Source of the DNA: Kudoa neothunni
Taxonomy: Eukaryota; Animalia; Cnidaria
Assembly (NCBI GenBank): GCA_964304625.1
Contig: OZ199839.1
Location: 6,020,311-6,084,310 of the forward strand
DNA: 64,000 nucleotides
Direction: 5' to 3'
Shown piece by piece: positions 43,167-62,900 of the stretch. The position numbers and the translations under genes are program-made. The notes beneath the pieces were generated by a model that was not told the origin of the DNA, ran no database searches, and worked only from the letters and a program-made list of their open reading frames with translations. Numbering within the stretch: the stretch's first letter is position 1; each line of letters opens with the position of its first letter.

Positions 43167-44410
43167 CCCTCACAACAATACTGGGTCGAATCGATCCCAA
43201 AGTAGAAATGAATAAAGTATAAACTTCTTCTCCCTTAGTTCTAATATGGTTGAATTCAAGCCATCTTTTAGAAATTTATTCTTCTATGTGATATGTAACT
43301 GAGAAAAATTGGATAATTTAGGTTTTTTGATGTAGCCAGAATTTGAGGGATACCCTCCAACGATCGTTTGGGGTCGATTCGTTCCCATCTTTTTATCTCA
43401 TTATTTTGTACATAAATTCCAATTAAATTTGTTGTGTGCGATATGAAAAAAATTTACCCGACAGAATTCTATGCAAAATCAAAATTAATCCTTGAAATAA
43501 TCTTACGCAACCTAATCAAACATTGCTCGTCCACAATTTCAGCGATCGATTGCACTAGTTAATATGATTATTTTTCCTTCAGTATTAAATTAGTATCATT
43601 ATAATATCTACGGATTCTAATTTTAATTTTTGATTCCATAACGATGAGTCTTCTGGTAATGAATATGAGGATCTCTCGAGAAACTGACGACGACGATCTG
43701 GGCATATACGATAATTCTTTTATTAGCAAATGTGGGTTAGTTTAAAATCTAACAAAAAGATTAACATCAAGAGCAAGCGCCGGAAAAATATTTTTTTGAA
43801 CTCTCCGCCGCGCCCAACAATAACAATCCATAAGGCCTTGAGGGTAAAAATCAATGCTTGATTGTTGTTATTGTGGATTGTGCAATCGCCATTTTTTCAA
43901 TGACTATTCAGTCAAATATTGCATTAGATGTTTTAAAAATTAAATAAAATTGAACCAACAGCAGTAATATATTACGTAGGTAGTGATAGGTTCTGGTTGA
44001 ATGTTCGACTACGTTATTTTTTTAAGTGCGCAAAGTCATAAAGCTACTTTTAATGTTTGTTTTAATTTCTCTAAAATTGTAATAACTAGAATCATTAAAT
44101 TAGTTTGTATAGATGAATCTCATGCCACAATGTAGCCGCCATTTCCTCAGTATGTAATAGTATGTAATATTAACGATATATAGTGAAGTTGTCTGAATCC
44201 GTACATTGACGGATCATCGAAGATACATGGGCTAGTAAACTTTAATTTACCCCACAAAACTTCCTCTATAGATTTTTTTGCATATTATATGAAAACGAAA
44301 CGAAATATTTTTTAGAAAAGAAAAAATAAAAAAAAAATATGGTGTCGATTTGTACCCAAATGATTCCAAATAATTGTTGGAGGTGAGTTGTTTTTATGAT
44401 TGTTCGAGGG
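43167..44410 (+). mobile_element. Decayed, internally deleted piggyBac-like element
   Basis: Imperfect TIRs CCCTCACAACAAT / ATTGTTCGAGGG. Three GGGTCGA-N-CCCA imperfect palindromes (~43182, 43369, 44340). VCIDES remnant at 44103-20. TTAA flanks are degraded. Confidence 0.55.
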
Positions 44411-45838
44411 TGAAGTTAAAAAAAATTATAGATTTCGATAAATTTCTTTTTTTTATCTACCTTTTTATGTACGATGTTTAAGTAAGTACTAAGACGAAAT
44501 AATAATTTACTTGATAGCCTAATACTATTAAATATTACCCTTAATGGAGCTGAGTGAAAAACTGTACCCCGTGCCAAAGAGGGGTTACTCACTCACCCCA
44601 GAAAAAATAAATGATACTAAGATTTTACTTCGATCAAATATCCATCAAAAATAACTCACAATATTGAGTTAAGTTAATAAAAAACCAGAATTAAATTGAA
44701 TTTTTATTTGCTTCATCACAAAAATGACAATGTTTACCAGCTTCATCATTTGTACACAAGAGGAAATACGTGGGATTAAACACGCCCAAATTCATACCAT
44801 AGTAATGATTATGAATGTACGATTTATGTTCCATGCCGAATGTTTAAAAAAACATAGGTTAGAATGACATATGTCATCGGCGACCAATCCCATCCTAACA
44901 GAAAACATTTGTTCATGAAAGTATAAGCGGATTTTGTAAAAAATGGCACAAAAGTTTCGTATTTATGCTATTTAACAATTTATTCTGTTATATCGTTGTA
45001 TTTTGAATTTAAATGATTGCATTAAGGATTTAAAATAAGGTCTAATCCGTCAGCCACCAGCGCGGGAATAGCACAATGTTGATGGATTAATCTTCGTAAA
45101 AATTTAATATTTACAATGATAGTAAATTAAAAAAATTAGTTTCAAAATCTAGGGGATAATTTAATAAATAATATAACGAAATCGGACAGCGCTATTCGAA
45201 CGTCAGCAAAAACATTTGTTGAGATGCCTTTTTAAAGACAAAAATATTCAACTTGAAACATAACTCTAAGACTCTTTTTATTTAGAACGGATTTATAAAA
45301 TTGTAAAGAAACCTTTAGATAACTATGTCGAAAGTAAATTAGTTTTCTTGCGTTAAGGACGAAACAGCCTTCTCGCGGTTATCTATTTACCCGACATCGA
45401 GCAGACAGAGTTAACCCCTTGAGTTCGGTTCGACTTTGAGATCCATGAGACCTCTCTCAACTATATAAAAAAAGTATTATTATACAAAAAGTGTAATGAA
45501 GTGGTTGAAAGTTCCGTCGAAAAAGCAAAATATAACCAGTTCTACAACCATATAGTATAACGATAGACGCGTGGAACCTAAGGGTGTCCTCAATAATTAA
45601 TTAATTTGGCTACACTTGAAATGTAGCTTGGTCCATTTTCTGACAGTTTCAAAACATCAAGTTTTCATGGTATCGGAATTTTTAGCGAATACCGAATACA
45701 CAAAAAAACTTAGTATCGACGTAACCATAGTTAAAATTATCAAAGGAGGAAAAACGACGTGAAATTTGAAAAAAAAGTTATTACACACTACCAAATAAGA
45801 AGTATTATGTTCAGATGTAAAAGTTGGCTAAATTAGAA

Positions 45839-48476
<2,638 letters not shown>

Positions 48477-48568
48477 TTATTGATTTGAAAAATTTATGAA
48501 GCAGAAAACTAGCGGAGTTATTTCATCAAGTGTCTCGATTTCCCAGCACTTAACGAACTCTCCGAATA

Positions 48569-48580
48569 GGGCATGCGCGT
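48569..48580 (-). promoter_or_regulatory. NRF1/EWG-like motif ~95 bp upstream of the YME1L ATG
   Basis: CGCGCATGCCC on the - strand resembles YGCGCAYGCGCR and stands out in AT-rich DNA. Confidence 0.35.
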
Positions 48581-50632
48581 AATTTTGAATTGTTTACAAA
48601 CTTATTTTCCCTAGTCTGTTGTTGTTTAATAACTAAAAATAATGACTTTGATATTTAGTTATTCATTTATTCATTCATTCATTCATTCACAATTGTTACA
48701 TGTTACTATTAAAAATGTATATTTTAGCTTGAGGACAATCTATATATATATATATATATATTATAATTTATATTTGTAGGCATATAAATTAAAATTTCAT
48801 TGTAACTAATATTATATAAAGTTTAGGATTTTTTTATGAACTAATAAAATATAATTGAATTGAATTGCGTATTTTTTATAGCACACGTGGTTGTTAAATA
48901 ATGAAAGATTTGATTTAATTTTGTATTTAGGAAAGTACGAAATTAAAAAAAAATTAATTTATATTAATTAATATCAAACATTCCAAAATTTTTATTGATA
49001 GTTAAAGATTTTGAATAAATGTGAACAAATTTCAGTATTGATATGATATAATTCGATACAATCAACATGAGAATTGTGCAATATAGGTAACTAGAGTTAC
49101 TCGTATTATTTAGTGGAATACATTAATATTAACATTTTTCACGTATTGAATATTTCTAAAATAAAATATCGAGAAGAAATTAGAAAGAAACTGAACAATG
49201 TTATTTATCAAAGTAATGCGGAACAATTTTTCTACGTGTAATCTCGAATTAATCCAAAGGCTGAATTGTTACTAGCATTATTACCAAAAATAAAAGATCG
49301 GTTGTCGATTATAAATTTCTTGTTTTATAATAATATAAAAATAAATTGTTAAAAAGTCAAGAATTAATTAAAATATTCAAAACTAGTTTGAAAAATATAC
49401 CCAGTATATATAATATTTGAACTAATCATATGCTAAGAAAAAAATGTATTAACTTTATTTTTAATATTAGAAGTTAGATAAGTTTGGATTATTTAGAATT
49501 TATAAAAAAAGGCTGAAAACAAATATATTGTTGTAGAATATTTGATTATCGAAAAAAAATTATTCAAATCATTGGATATCAATTAAAATGAGGGGTTCAT
49601 TGTTTTTGTTTGCATTGGATAACAGATTGGTGCTCCTTATTGGAAATAAAAAGAGGAAACCAACACTATGAATAATCAATTAGAGCGGGTTATCACTTTT
49701 ATGAAACTTTTTGGAATCGTCTGAAAAGTTTTTAAATATGATTACACTTGGTTATTTAGAAATACTGCAGATGATTAGATTAATCTTTGTAATTGGTTGG
49801 CCGTGAAAAAAAATTTCAAACGTACAATGATAATGAATAACCCTTGTGGGACTCTGATAATCCTGAGTATTGGTGTGACACTGGTAATGGTGAGATAGAT
49901 AATTGGGCAGTGTGACGTACATTGAAGTCAATACAGCGATTTTCGATGTCGTTTGTTTTTAAGTGACGATTAGTGTCAAAAAATAAAAAAAGAAATGACT
50001 TAGTATATACAAATCAATAATACATTAAACGTGTCCTTCACCCGAACAGAATCAGGATCGTTTGAATCTTAATAATATCTCAAATTTTTTAAGTAAACCT
50101 AATAATATATTGATTAATTTTTTATCTATATTATTCATTTATGTTTGGTTCATTAGCATCGGGTACACAAAAAGTTTTTTCTAATGAAGGTTGGATTATT
50201 ACGAGTTTCCCTCGACATTGTTGTTGATAGAATGAAGAAATAAAGTTGTTAATTTGTAAGATCCACCGATTAAATAAGTTAACTCTTATCGGACATGATT
50301 TAATTTTAATGGGAAATTTTTATTAATTGCTTTCGAATTTTATGGTGATAGGGAACTTTATTCAAATTTATAAACAATTTGAGTTGAAATAATAAAGACT
50401 TTTAAACAATGGTTGGACATCATAGAAAAAAAGTGGGAAAACATATTTAGAATAATATACATAAATATTATTATAGTTGAATTGCGTGGGGTGAGGTATA
50501 AAATAATGTTTTTTTATTAAAATAATTAGTTATTAAATGAGATTATAACAATTTTAGAATTATTTTTCTAAAAAGATACTTCACATGAACAATCATTTTG
50601 TTGAAATAGAAAAGTTGTTTTAATCCCGTTAA

Positions 50633-50855
50633 CCCTCTAATGTACTAAAAACCTACTGCACTCAGATGAATTTTTGGGGTAAAAAAATACCTCAGGTTTT
50701 TATTTCCTCATTCGAATCACAAAAAATATTTTATTTCAGAAAATAAAAATAAGTAAAATCCCATGGCTAGATTCAGCTATAAAACAACCAACTTCCGTGT
50801 AGTAATCCTCATAATCCTACGAAAACTATATTCGTTATAATCCGCTATGACAATC

Positions 50856-50899
<44 letters not shown>

Positions 50900-52089
50900 G
50901 GACTGCCCGTATGTTTGTTTGTGTGTGTGTATGCCCCTAAGTACGCATATGCGGATAATTTTTTTCCCTTATAGAGAGCCATATATAAAATTTTTATAAA
51001 TTTGCGATATTTAAAAAATCGTTTAATTGTTTTCGGACCACTAAAGTTTCCAAAAAGTATTTATGAAATAGCGATTTTGTCGATTTAAAGTTTGTTTTTC
51101 GGATTAAATGGGTTCAACTACAGGATTAGCACTTGCTTATTTCATGGTTATGGTCGGTTGAAGTTAACTATCTCCTTTATATGCTCCATCATATGTTCAT
51201 TAACTGCTTCTATCTATCTTTATATATAAGGTTGGCGTTTCTATTTGGGTGTCTGTTTAAACACACTCCTTATTTGTGGAGTTTTAACGTATATGACTCG
51301 ATAATTATATTTTATAAGTTCTATTAATGGTTTTCAATGTGGTAAAAAATCGATATATGTTTCATAAATAACGAATTCATGGAGAACGTTAAAGTTACAT
51401 TGATTGAAGCGTTATAATGGAAATACTGCGTTCATAGGTTTCATTAAATTGTCCGCTAAGTTTTACTTTACCTGATTAAGTTCAATGCGGATGGTTGTAC
51501 TTTTATTTCACCAAATTATTTAAATTGTTTATGTTGAAATCGACGCAATTTGTGGCTGTTTATGATAAAAGCGCATGTAGGTTTGTGCCGAGCTAAACGG
51601 TGCTAATTTTAGCAATATCGATTAATTTTCATAAGTTTTCTTCTATCTCTTTTATTTTTTCTATTTTTTTTATCTCTTTAAAAGTTAGTGGTGCACCCAG
51701 TTACCGAGCCAGGCCAGAATTCAACTTTTAAAAATCCCCCGGGCCAAAAAATAACGTTTTAGATAACACTTTAACGGGATTTAAATAATTCGGAATGAAT
51801 AAAATACAACGCTGTCCTTAACTTGTTTAGCGTTGATACCGAGTCACGAAATTTTTAAATGGACGCAGGGATTGATACCTTTCTTCACAGAAAATATCAT
51901 AATTTAAAATGCATAATCCAAATCGTTATCTTAAGTTGCTTAAAAATTTGTAGTTTTTTTTCTATGGGTTAATTCGAGATTTCATTATATTTTTGAATGC
52001 TATTAAAAATGCCTCTAGACGAAATCTTCCCCAAGCAACGCTGGGCAGTTCGCGGTAGTTATTGATTAAATCTTAATGATTGAGTTAAT

Positions 52090-52126
<37 letters not shown>

Positions 52127-53044
52127 TGTATCAAATATTTTAATTATTATTTGCGCAACAACACAGAACATTTAACGAGAATATGATTCTTAAACAAAAC
52201 ACTCAATGAATTTTGCAACAATTTCATATATATGAAGCAAGCAGTCATAGTAATGGGTTTCTTATCAATTTGCCGAAACAGACATTCAAATAATGAAAAT
52301 ATTGTCAATTTATTTGGTGTGCTGAGTTATAGTGAAATAGATAAGATCGAGCTCTTAGGATTTTGGGTTTCACTGACTTTTCTTTACATTAATGGAAAGA
52401 TAATAACTTTGCCTTATTTACAAAAAATTTCTGCTAATCGTAAATCATATTATTTATAATGATTTTTTGTATATGGAAAACGCATTTATAAATAACAAAT
52501 CCATTAAATAGAAAAACAACACTATGGGTCGTCATTATTGATTGTGGATCGACCCGAATTCTCAAAGTTTTCAATCTCGTTAGATTCTTACGACCGAACG
52601 ATTATAAAACGTCCATAATCATTTTAAAGGAATTTGATTCATAATTTTAATTACCATTGGTGAAATCCATCTCCATTATCGCCACGATAAAATTAGAGCC
52701 GAAAGTCAGGTGATCGCTGGTAGAGGTAATAACCGCATAACTTCAAATTTATCCATCAGATACACTTAACATTTGGTATAGGTAATAATAATCATTTTAT
52801 CTATCAATTATAGAGAAAAAATACTGGGGTAATTTTTCCCCCAAAAATTCATAATTCATTGGAAGGTAATCTTTTTATAATTTATCTGATTTTATATCTA
52901 TAGTCATAATATTTTATAATCACATATTAATCATCATTTTTAAAGATTAGAAAATAATTTGTATCCTACAAATAACAAACAAATCACGTATACAACCAAT
53001 AATTTCTTGTTGTGGTGAAAATTTACTCCCAATTCACTAGAGGG
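50633..53044. mobile_element. Non-autonomous piggyBac interrupted by a Helitron
   Basis: TTAA-CCCTCTAATG ... CACTAGAGGG-TTAA. GGGGTAA...CCC-type palindromes at ~50675, 52825 and 53012. Confidence 0.75.
50854..52058 (+). mobile_element. Non-autonomous Helitron-like element
   Basis: 5' A|TC followed by (TA)n AAAAGAGGACTG and TGTT/TG microsatellites. 3' hairpin CCCAAGCAACGCTGGG (52030-45), then GTAG|T (a degenerate CTAG). No TSD. Confidence 0.65.
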
Positions 53045-54426
53045 TTAAATAAATTTAGAAAAATACAAAATAGTTAGAGTTTACAAGCATTTAAACAATT
53101 TTATTTATTTTTAATATGCCTCAAACCTTTTAGTGACCAATGCTGCTTTAAATTTAAATTGAATAAGAAACAAAAATCCCTCTCTATGACGTTTCGCTTT
53201 AAATATCCCTCCAAAATAAATTTGAATATTTTAATAAATTTTATCTATTTTAAACAAACTAAAAATAATTACAATCAACTATGAAATAAGAATACGCATT
53301 TTTAAATTTTAAATAGCATTCTTTTGAACAGTATAATTACGTATGTGCGTAGTTATAATAGATTCTATGAAATATTGCCGTATAAATATAACGGGTCAGT
53401 CTAAAAAGATTCGCATATTTATAATTGAAACTTATTTATTCAAAAATGGTTATACGAGGATTAGTGTTGTGTATTTTTTAATAAATCATTAATTCCATTT
53501 TTAATTATTGTATAAAGTATCACATTAGTGAAAAAAAACATATATTAAAATTCAATCAGAGGTATAAATATATTTAAAGTATCAGTTTTAAATATTTTTT
53601 TTATATTTATTAAAAATTTAGATTTGAATAATTTCGAAAAAGAAAAGTTGGCATCAAAATTGGGCGCATGTACAAAAAATTGATTAATGCAATCGTATTA
53701 AATATAATAAGTCATTTTTCACATCTCAGATACAAAATAAATTTTTAATGAATTTCAAAGACAGCGCGAAACTTTTACATTCTTTTGGTACATGCAAATA
53801 GGATTTTTATTTAGATTTCTTTTATCCTAAGAAAAAATTATAAATCTTTTGTTGATTTTAAGTTTTTAATTCGTCGAAACTGACTATTTAACGTAATACA
53901 TTATTATAGAGTGCAAGTAAAAAATTGGACGAGGAAGGGTTAATTTAGCTTGTAGTATTTTCGAGTGAAATTAAAATTAATCTGACCCAATAATTCATAT
54001 AATCAACGGAGACAATTAAAATTGAGAATATATACTTAAAATTTGCATAAATAATATTAACGATATCAAATTCAAAAAAATACATCTTCAATTTTAATTA
54101 ATTTGGGAGAAAAATACTTTACTTAACTTATTGAACGTAATTAAGCCCCAAAAATTTTATGATAAAATTTGAGCAAATAACAAAATATATGTACGAAATA
54201 TGTTGATATGTTTTTAATTATTTCAAAAATTAATTCTAACTAATCCATCCTCGACTGTAATAGTAATAAGGCTTGGTCTCGAACACAGTCGTCAAAACAT
54301 TCTTATCGATTTAAATATTAATTTATTGGCATAAACAATGTAAATAATATAATAACTCCCATAATTATTTTATATAACGGAAAACTATCGAAAAATAAAT
54401 AGGTGGATGAATTAAAATTACACTAT

Positions 54427-54437
54427 TGCGCAGGCGC
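54427..54437 (+). promoter_or_regulatory. NRF1/EWG-like motif ~215 bp upstream of the HELQ ATG
   Basis: TGCGCAGGCGC closely matches the NRF1 consensus. Confidence 0.4.
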
Positions 54438-54642
54438 GACATTAAAGCCTTAAGAAAAATGTAATGTTTTATTTGGAAAAAATTTCGTCGATTTAAAAGA
54501 AAAATAATATTACAGACTAAAATTATGTTTAGGGAACCTCACATTGAAGCGAACATAAGTGAAATTAATAAACATGTGGCCTAACGCGCACGCAGCTAAC
54601 TTGAAAAACCCAAAAGTTGCATTATAACATTAACATTTTTAA

Positions 54643-57945
<3,303 letters not shown>

Positions 57946-58176
57946 GTAAGTAGTTTTTTTTGTATGGATTAGAATTAAATTCTTATGCTCCATAGGGATG
58001 TGATGAGGCTGGTTTTGTTTTACTTGCCAACACTCTTGTTTTTATCACAATTTTTAATTTGTTTTATCTATATCTTTGAATTTCAATTCTATGTTTATAG
58101 ATAATGTTAAATTGAGCAATTATTAATTTATATTGAAAAAAGTTAAGTCCTAAAAAAGGTTTATGTTTTTATTTAA

Positions 58177-59000
58177 CCTTGGGCTCCACGAGCCCACCTG
58201 AGTAGCGAATTGAGTATAATTTATGTTAATGATATTTTTTAAAGTTTTTTACATAAGGTTTTAAAATTGTATTTTACATCTAGATGAAAATTAAGAAAGG
58301 ATTCGAAATTTATTATTTTAAGCCTATTTTTAGCTAAAAAGGGTTATGGCAAACGTAATCTGCTTTATTTTATTTAGAGTTAGTTTCATAATAGCGCAAT
58401 AAATGTATCAATGTCAGGTTCGAATTTCTCAAACCAATCCTCCACTGAGAAATCATTGATGTGACCGCATTTAAATAATTCATTGTGTTTTCTCAATGAA
58501 ACCCGGAATATTTTAAAGATAAACCTAATAACTGAAAGCAATTTCAATTGGAGTTATCTGCTTCTTTCATTAAAAGCCACCAGAAGATAATTGATGAAGA
58601 CCAAAGGATTGGATGTCAAGCTTTCTGTTGTAGAATTTAGTTTAAATTCAATGAGAATAACACATCATTTAAGCATTCTAACAATGTAAATGCTCGGAAA
58701 TGATGCAGTTTATGCCCTGAACGCATCATACAGCGGAGCAAACCAAAATACAAAATGCGTAACAACGTTATATGCAACTAACATTCGATAAAAATATTAA
58801 CTTGTTTTGAATGTCTCAATGAATGAATTATCTATTACATATCATGTAGCTTTTATCGTGCTATAACGTATAAAAGAAAGCAAATACAGCTTAAACTATC
58901 ATTCAATAAAGGATAGAAATTAATATGAGCGCAGTCGTCAAGCCTAAGATCACTTATATCAGCAACCCCGGAAAGGCCCCATTAAGTGCTAATATACATC
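58177..59000 (+). mobile_element. Possible highly decayed piggyBac remnant
   Basis: TTAA-CC start and faint transposase-like stretches (DA..YALNASYSG, ~58700). Right end not found, so the end coordinate is approximate. Confidence 0.3.
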
Positions 59001-59905
59001 AAAATATTACAGTGTCTTATTTTCAAAGGATAACATTATTATTTCTAATCGGAGAAAACCTATTAGCGGTAATTTCCAAGCTAAATAATTCAAGGCTATA
59101 ATTAGCTTAACCTGGATTTTTCTGGAATTTTCAAAATAATTTTCCCAATTAATTTAATTTAATTTTATTGGTATTGTATAGTAATGCACCGATTCTACAT
59201 AATCGGAATCTCTTTTCAATGTACGTTTTATGCGATACACGCGCAATTGAAGTTGAAATAAGTCAGGTAAACAATAGCTATTTTATGATTTTACAAAAAA
59301 TAAATATTGTTGTTGGCCTTCTATTTTCTTTTTATTAATATATAAACCAAAAATTCTTATTTATTTCCATGTGTTTATATATCAAATATTTAACTAAATT
59401 CATTTAATAATCCTAGCTATAGTATATAAATATACACTTATTAAATAAAATATTGACAAATTTTTAAATATCCAATTCATATATAAAACATAATTTTAGC
59501 ATATCTTAATTTAATAAGGAGTTTAATTTAGAAATTATTGGTGAGCATAAAAATAAAAAAATAAAATTATTATCAATTGTATTTCATTTATTTATATTTG
59601 ATTTCTGGTTATAATATTTTCTTTCAGGTAATCCCAACGCATATATATTTACAGAGATAAAATAAATCCGTTTTATGTTTTTTATCTCTCATTGGAGAAG
59701 AGATGCGAAGTTTCCCCCATATGTGGTAGCCATGGTAGGGGTTGCGGAAACTAAAATAAATTGGAATGCACTGACAAAGCTATTGCAAGCTTGTCGTTCA
59801 TAAAATAACAACGACTCTAATAAATATAGGATATATATAATCAATCTAACTGAAATTTATAATTTATCATTGAATAATTTTTCTACTATTATTATACAAT
59901 TTATG

Positions 59906-62900
59906 CTATTTTTGATAAAAAGATGAATGTTTTTTGGCGGAGAAAGACGACAGTTTTGTCCCAGGTTTACCTCTGCTAGTTGACATCAAGTACTTTTTAT
60001 TGGTTACTCGTGACCTAAAGGATGAAGCGATATGCTCTCGCATCTCGTTGTTACCAATAACAAAAATAACAAAGAGGAACATTCCAATTGAAGTGTTCAT
60101 AATATTGGAAACCAAAATGATAAATTCGCTTTTGAGGAATGATGATAACAATTGGATAAGCATAGGAATTCCTAGCAAGATGAACAAGAAAGTTAATTGT
60201 TTTGCACGTTGTTTTATGGAATTTTTCTTCTTTTTCGTGACTTCCGATCTGTAGATAGTCCTCAATACCAAACCAAATACGATCAAATTGAAACATAATA
60301 TGGTTGCACCAGGAATGGTTATAGTGGTAAGTTTGATTGGTCCATGTGGTATACAACTATATGGATTTAATCGAAAACATTTTTGTCATTAGTGCAACAT
60401 ACTTTTTATCCTTAACATACAATTTTGGGAATAATTTAGAGCAAATTACCACAACACATGCAGGGATAACTAAAATTAATCTAGAAAACTAATAATAAGA
60501 TTTATTGTTACCAATAATTATGCAACAAATGGAGTTCACAATTATTGAATTTAGTTTCTTCATTGTAAGAACCAAATTTTGGAACAATAAAAATGAATGA
60601 AGAAATAAAGCAAAGTATTGACTGACAAGGGCATAATGTAGAAATATTGCAACTTTAAAGCAAGAACTTTGAATGTGATTAAATATATTCCCCAGGATGA
60701 ACGAAAGGTGAAACATAAAGATAGCAATACACATCCACAATTGTACCAAAAATCTCATTTTTAGTCGGTTCCTATAAGAAAAAAGGTCTCATTATTTTAG
60801 TCAGATCAAAATTACTTTGACGACAATAGACAAACTATGGTAATAATGAGGAATAGTAACGAAATCATTGTGATCGTCAAGGATATTTCATGTTGATAGA
60901 ATTTGTTTACCGACAAATCAGAATCAGAATCAAAAACATCAAATATTATAGCGTAGCTTGTCGTATGGTTGCATGTACAAGTGTAATTCATGATAGAATC
61001 TGACAAAGCAACTTCTCTCAATACATAACAGTATTTAGTCTCCCATTCTAATTTTTTCGCTAGAAAAAATAATATTTAATAGAGAATTTTGAATATTATT
61101 ATATTTTATAAGACCTACTATCTAATGTGCAACATCGGAAATTCTTTTTTTGATCATTAAATTTGATAATCTGACTGAATGTTATATTCAATTTTTTGGT
61201 TTGACTATTCGATATTTTGATGACGAGCACATCACCCGCAATAATATTTGATCTTTGTACCGTTGTATTGGTTTGCACACTTTTTGTTACAGCTAATACA
61301 ATTTTATGTTGGTTTCCAGTTTTCTCTGATGATGATTCGGTTAACGAAAAGCCCAAACTTACATATGTTGATTGAATTTTCACTTCCGGTTTTTTTATTC
61401 TGCTGAATTTTCGACAAAGTCCATAATTTCAGTGTCATCCAGTGGCTTTGAGAAATATAACGTTTCGGAAGCTTTCTCTGAGATGAAAGTTTTCATTTTA
61501 ATATTTCAGATTGCACTTCTTCAACATTATCAAAGTTCATAATACTTTATCAAGTAGATTGATTTGTTTAAGGAATCTTTAAAATATAATTAAAATCGTT
61601 GTTGAAATGATACAATTTACGCTTCCTCTTTTTTGTTGTATTAGTGATAACAGTTTTCGCTCCCTTCCGTTACTTAATATTTAATTATATCCGAACTAAC
61701 TTAGCTATATGGATCATTACTTGTTTCATTTTTTTGGTATACAACGTTATCCCAAACTTTTAAAAATACTTGCGTATTCTAATTAAAATTTAATTTTATC
61801 CACAAAATATAATTAGGTTACCAATGATTCATCATCATTTATATTCATATCCAAATCCAAGTCGCTTGAATCATTCAACAATCGTTCCCAATTTACTAGA
61901 TATTATATAATTAAAAAAAAAGATTAATTAAATTAATATAATCCTTTCATACTCAACTTTATTTCGTATCTGAAAATAATATATTTCTTAAAAATATACG
62001 TTTTTAATAATTTAGAAAGTTAAAAGGTTTAAAATAATTGTTATCAACCATTATTATCAAATTAAATAAAATCCTATTGGAATATATCGAACAAATAGAA
62101 ATAATCCGAGCTGTGTTTTAAATTGTATTGAAAATCTATTTTGTATCTGATTTGTAAACGATGGCTTAATAAAATCAATGTTTACATCGATCAATCTTCT
62201 ATACATGAGTATCAATTTCTAATTTTTAAACTATTCCATATCGTAAAATATTTAAAACTTTTTAATGAAAAATTAATTTTGAATATATAATTTTTTTCTT
62301 ATAGTAGTAATATTATAATTATAAATAATGACAAAAATGATTTATCGGATAATACACAATAACAAATTTTGTTATAACTTTTTAATAACAAAATTTTTCA
62401 AATTATATATGTAAATTTTTAAGGAATGATATATCATATTTAACAAAAAGCTCATGTAATGTATATTAAAATTAGGTGAAAAAATAAATTCATTGTATTA
62501 AATGGCGTTAATTCTAATATTTGAACACACATTTTAATATTTAAATATAAACAAATTCAAATGGACGTTTAAGACTATTTTTGAATAAATATTCAGAATG
62601 AAGTGTACAGAGGTAAAAGTTTTTCCTCGTTCATTTAAACTTTAACAAATTGTTGAGTATGGAAGATTAACAAATTGGAATCCAAAACAATTAATTTATC
62701 TAGGTATTTGATAATAATAAAGTATTCGATTATTGTTAAAACGTATACTTAACAGAATTAAATAGTTACCTGTCTATTATAAATTTATCTAAACCAACAA
62801 GTTCATTGGATTCGAATTTCAACGTATAAGATTTTGTTTGGTCCATCTTCCCCATTCAAATGAGCAAAGTTTATTATTACACGTAATTTTTTCAAAAAGT

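Noticed and set aside
49560-50450. Trp-rich MULE-transposase-like fragments (similar traces at ~34480-34720 and ~44730-44900; hAT-like trace at ~3800-3890)
   Set aside because: Too decayed to delimit or confirm by eye.
61390-61650. Alternative genetic code or programmed frameshifting to explain the stops in the GPCR
   Set aside because: Rab11, LMAN1, intersectin and YME1L read cleanly with the standard code and use TAA/TGA as stops.
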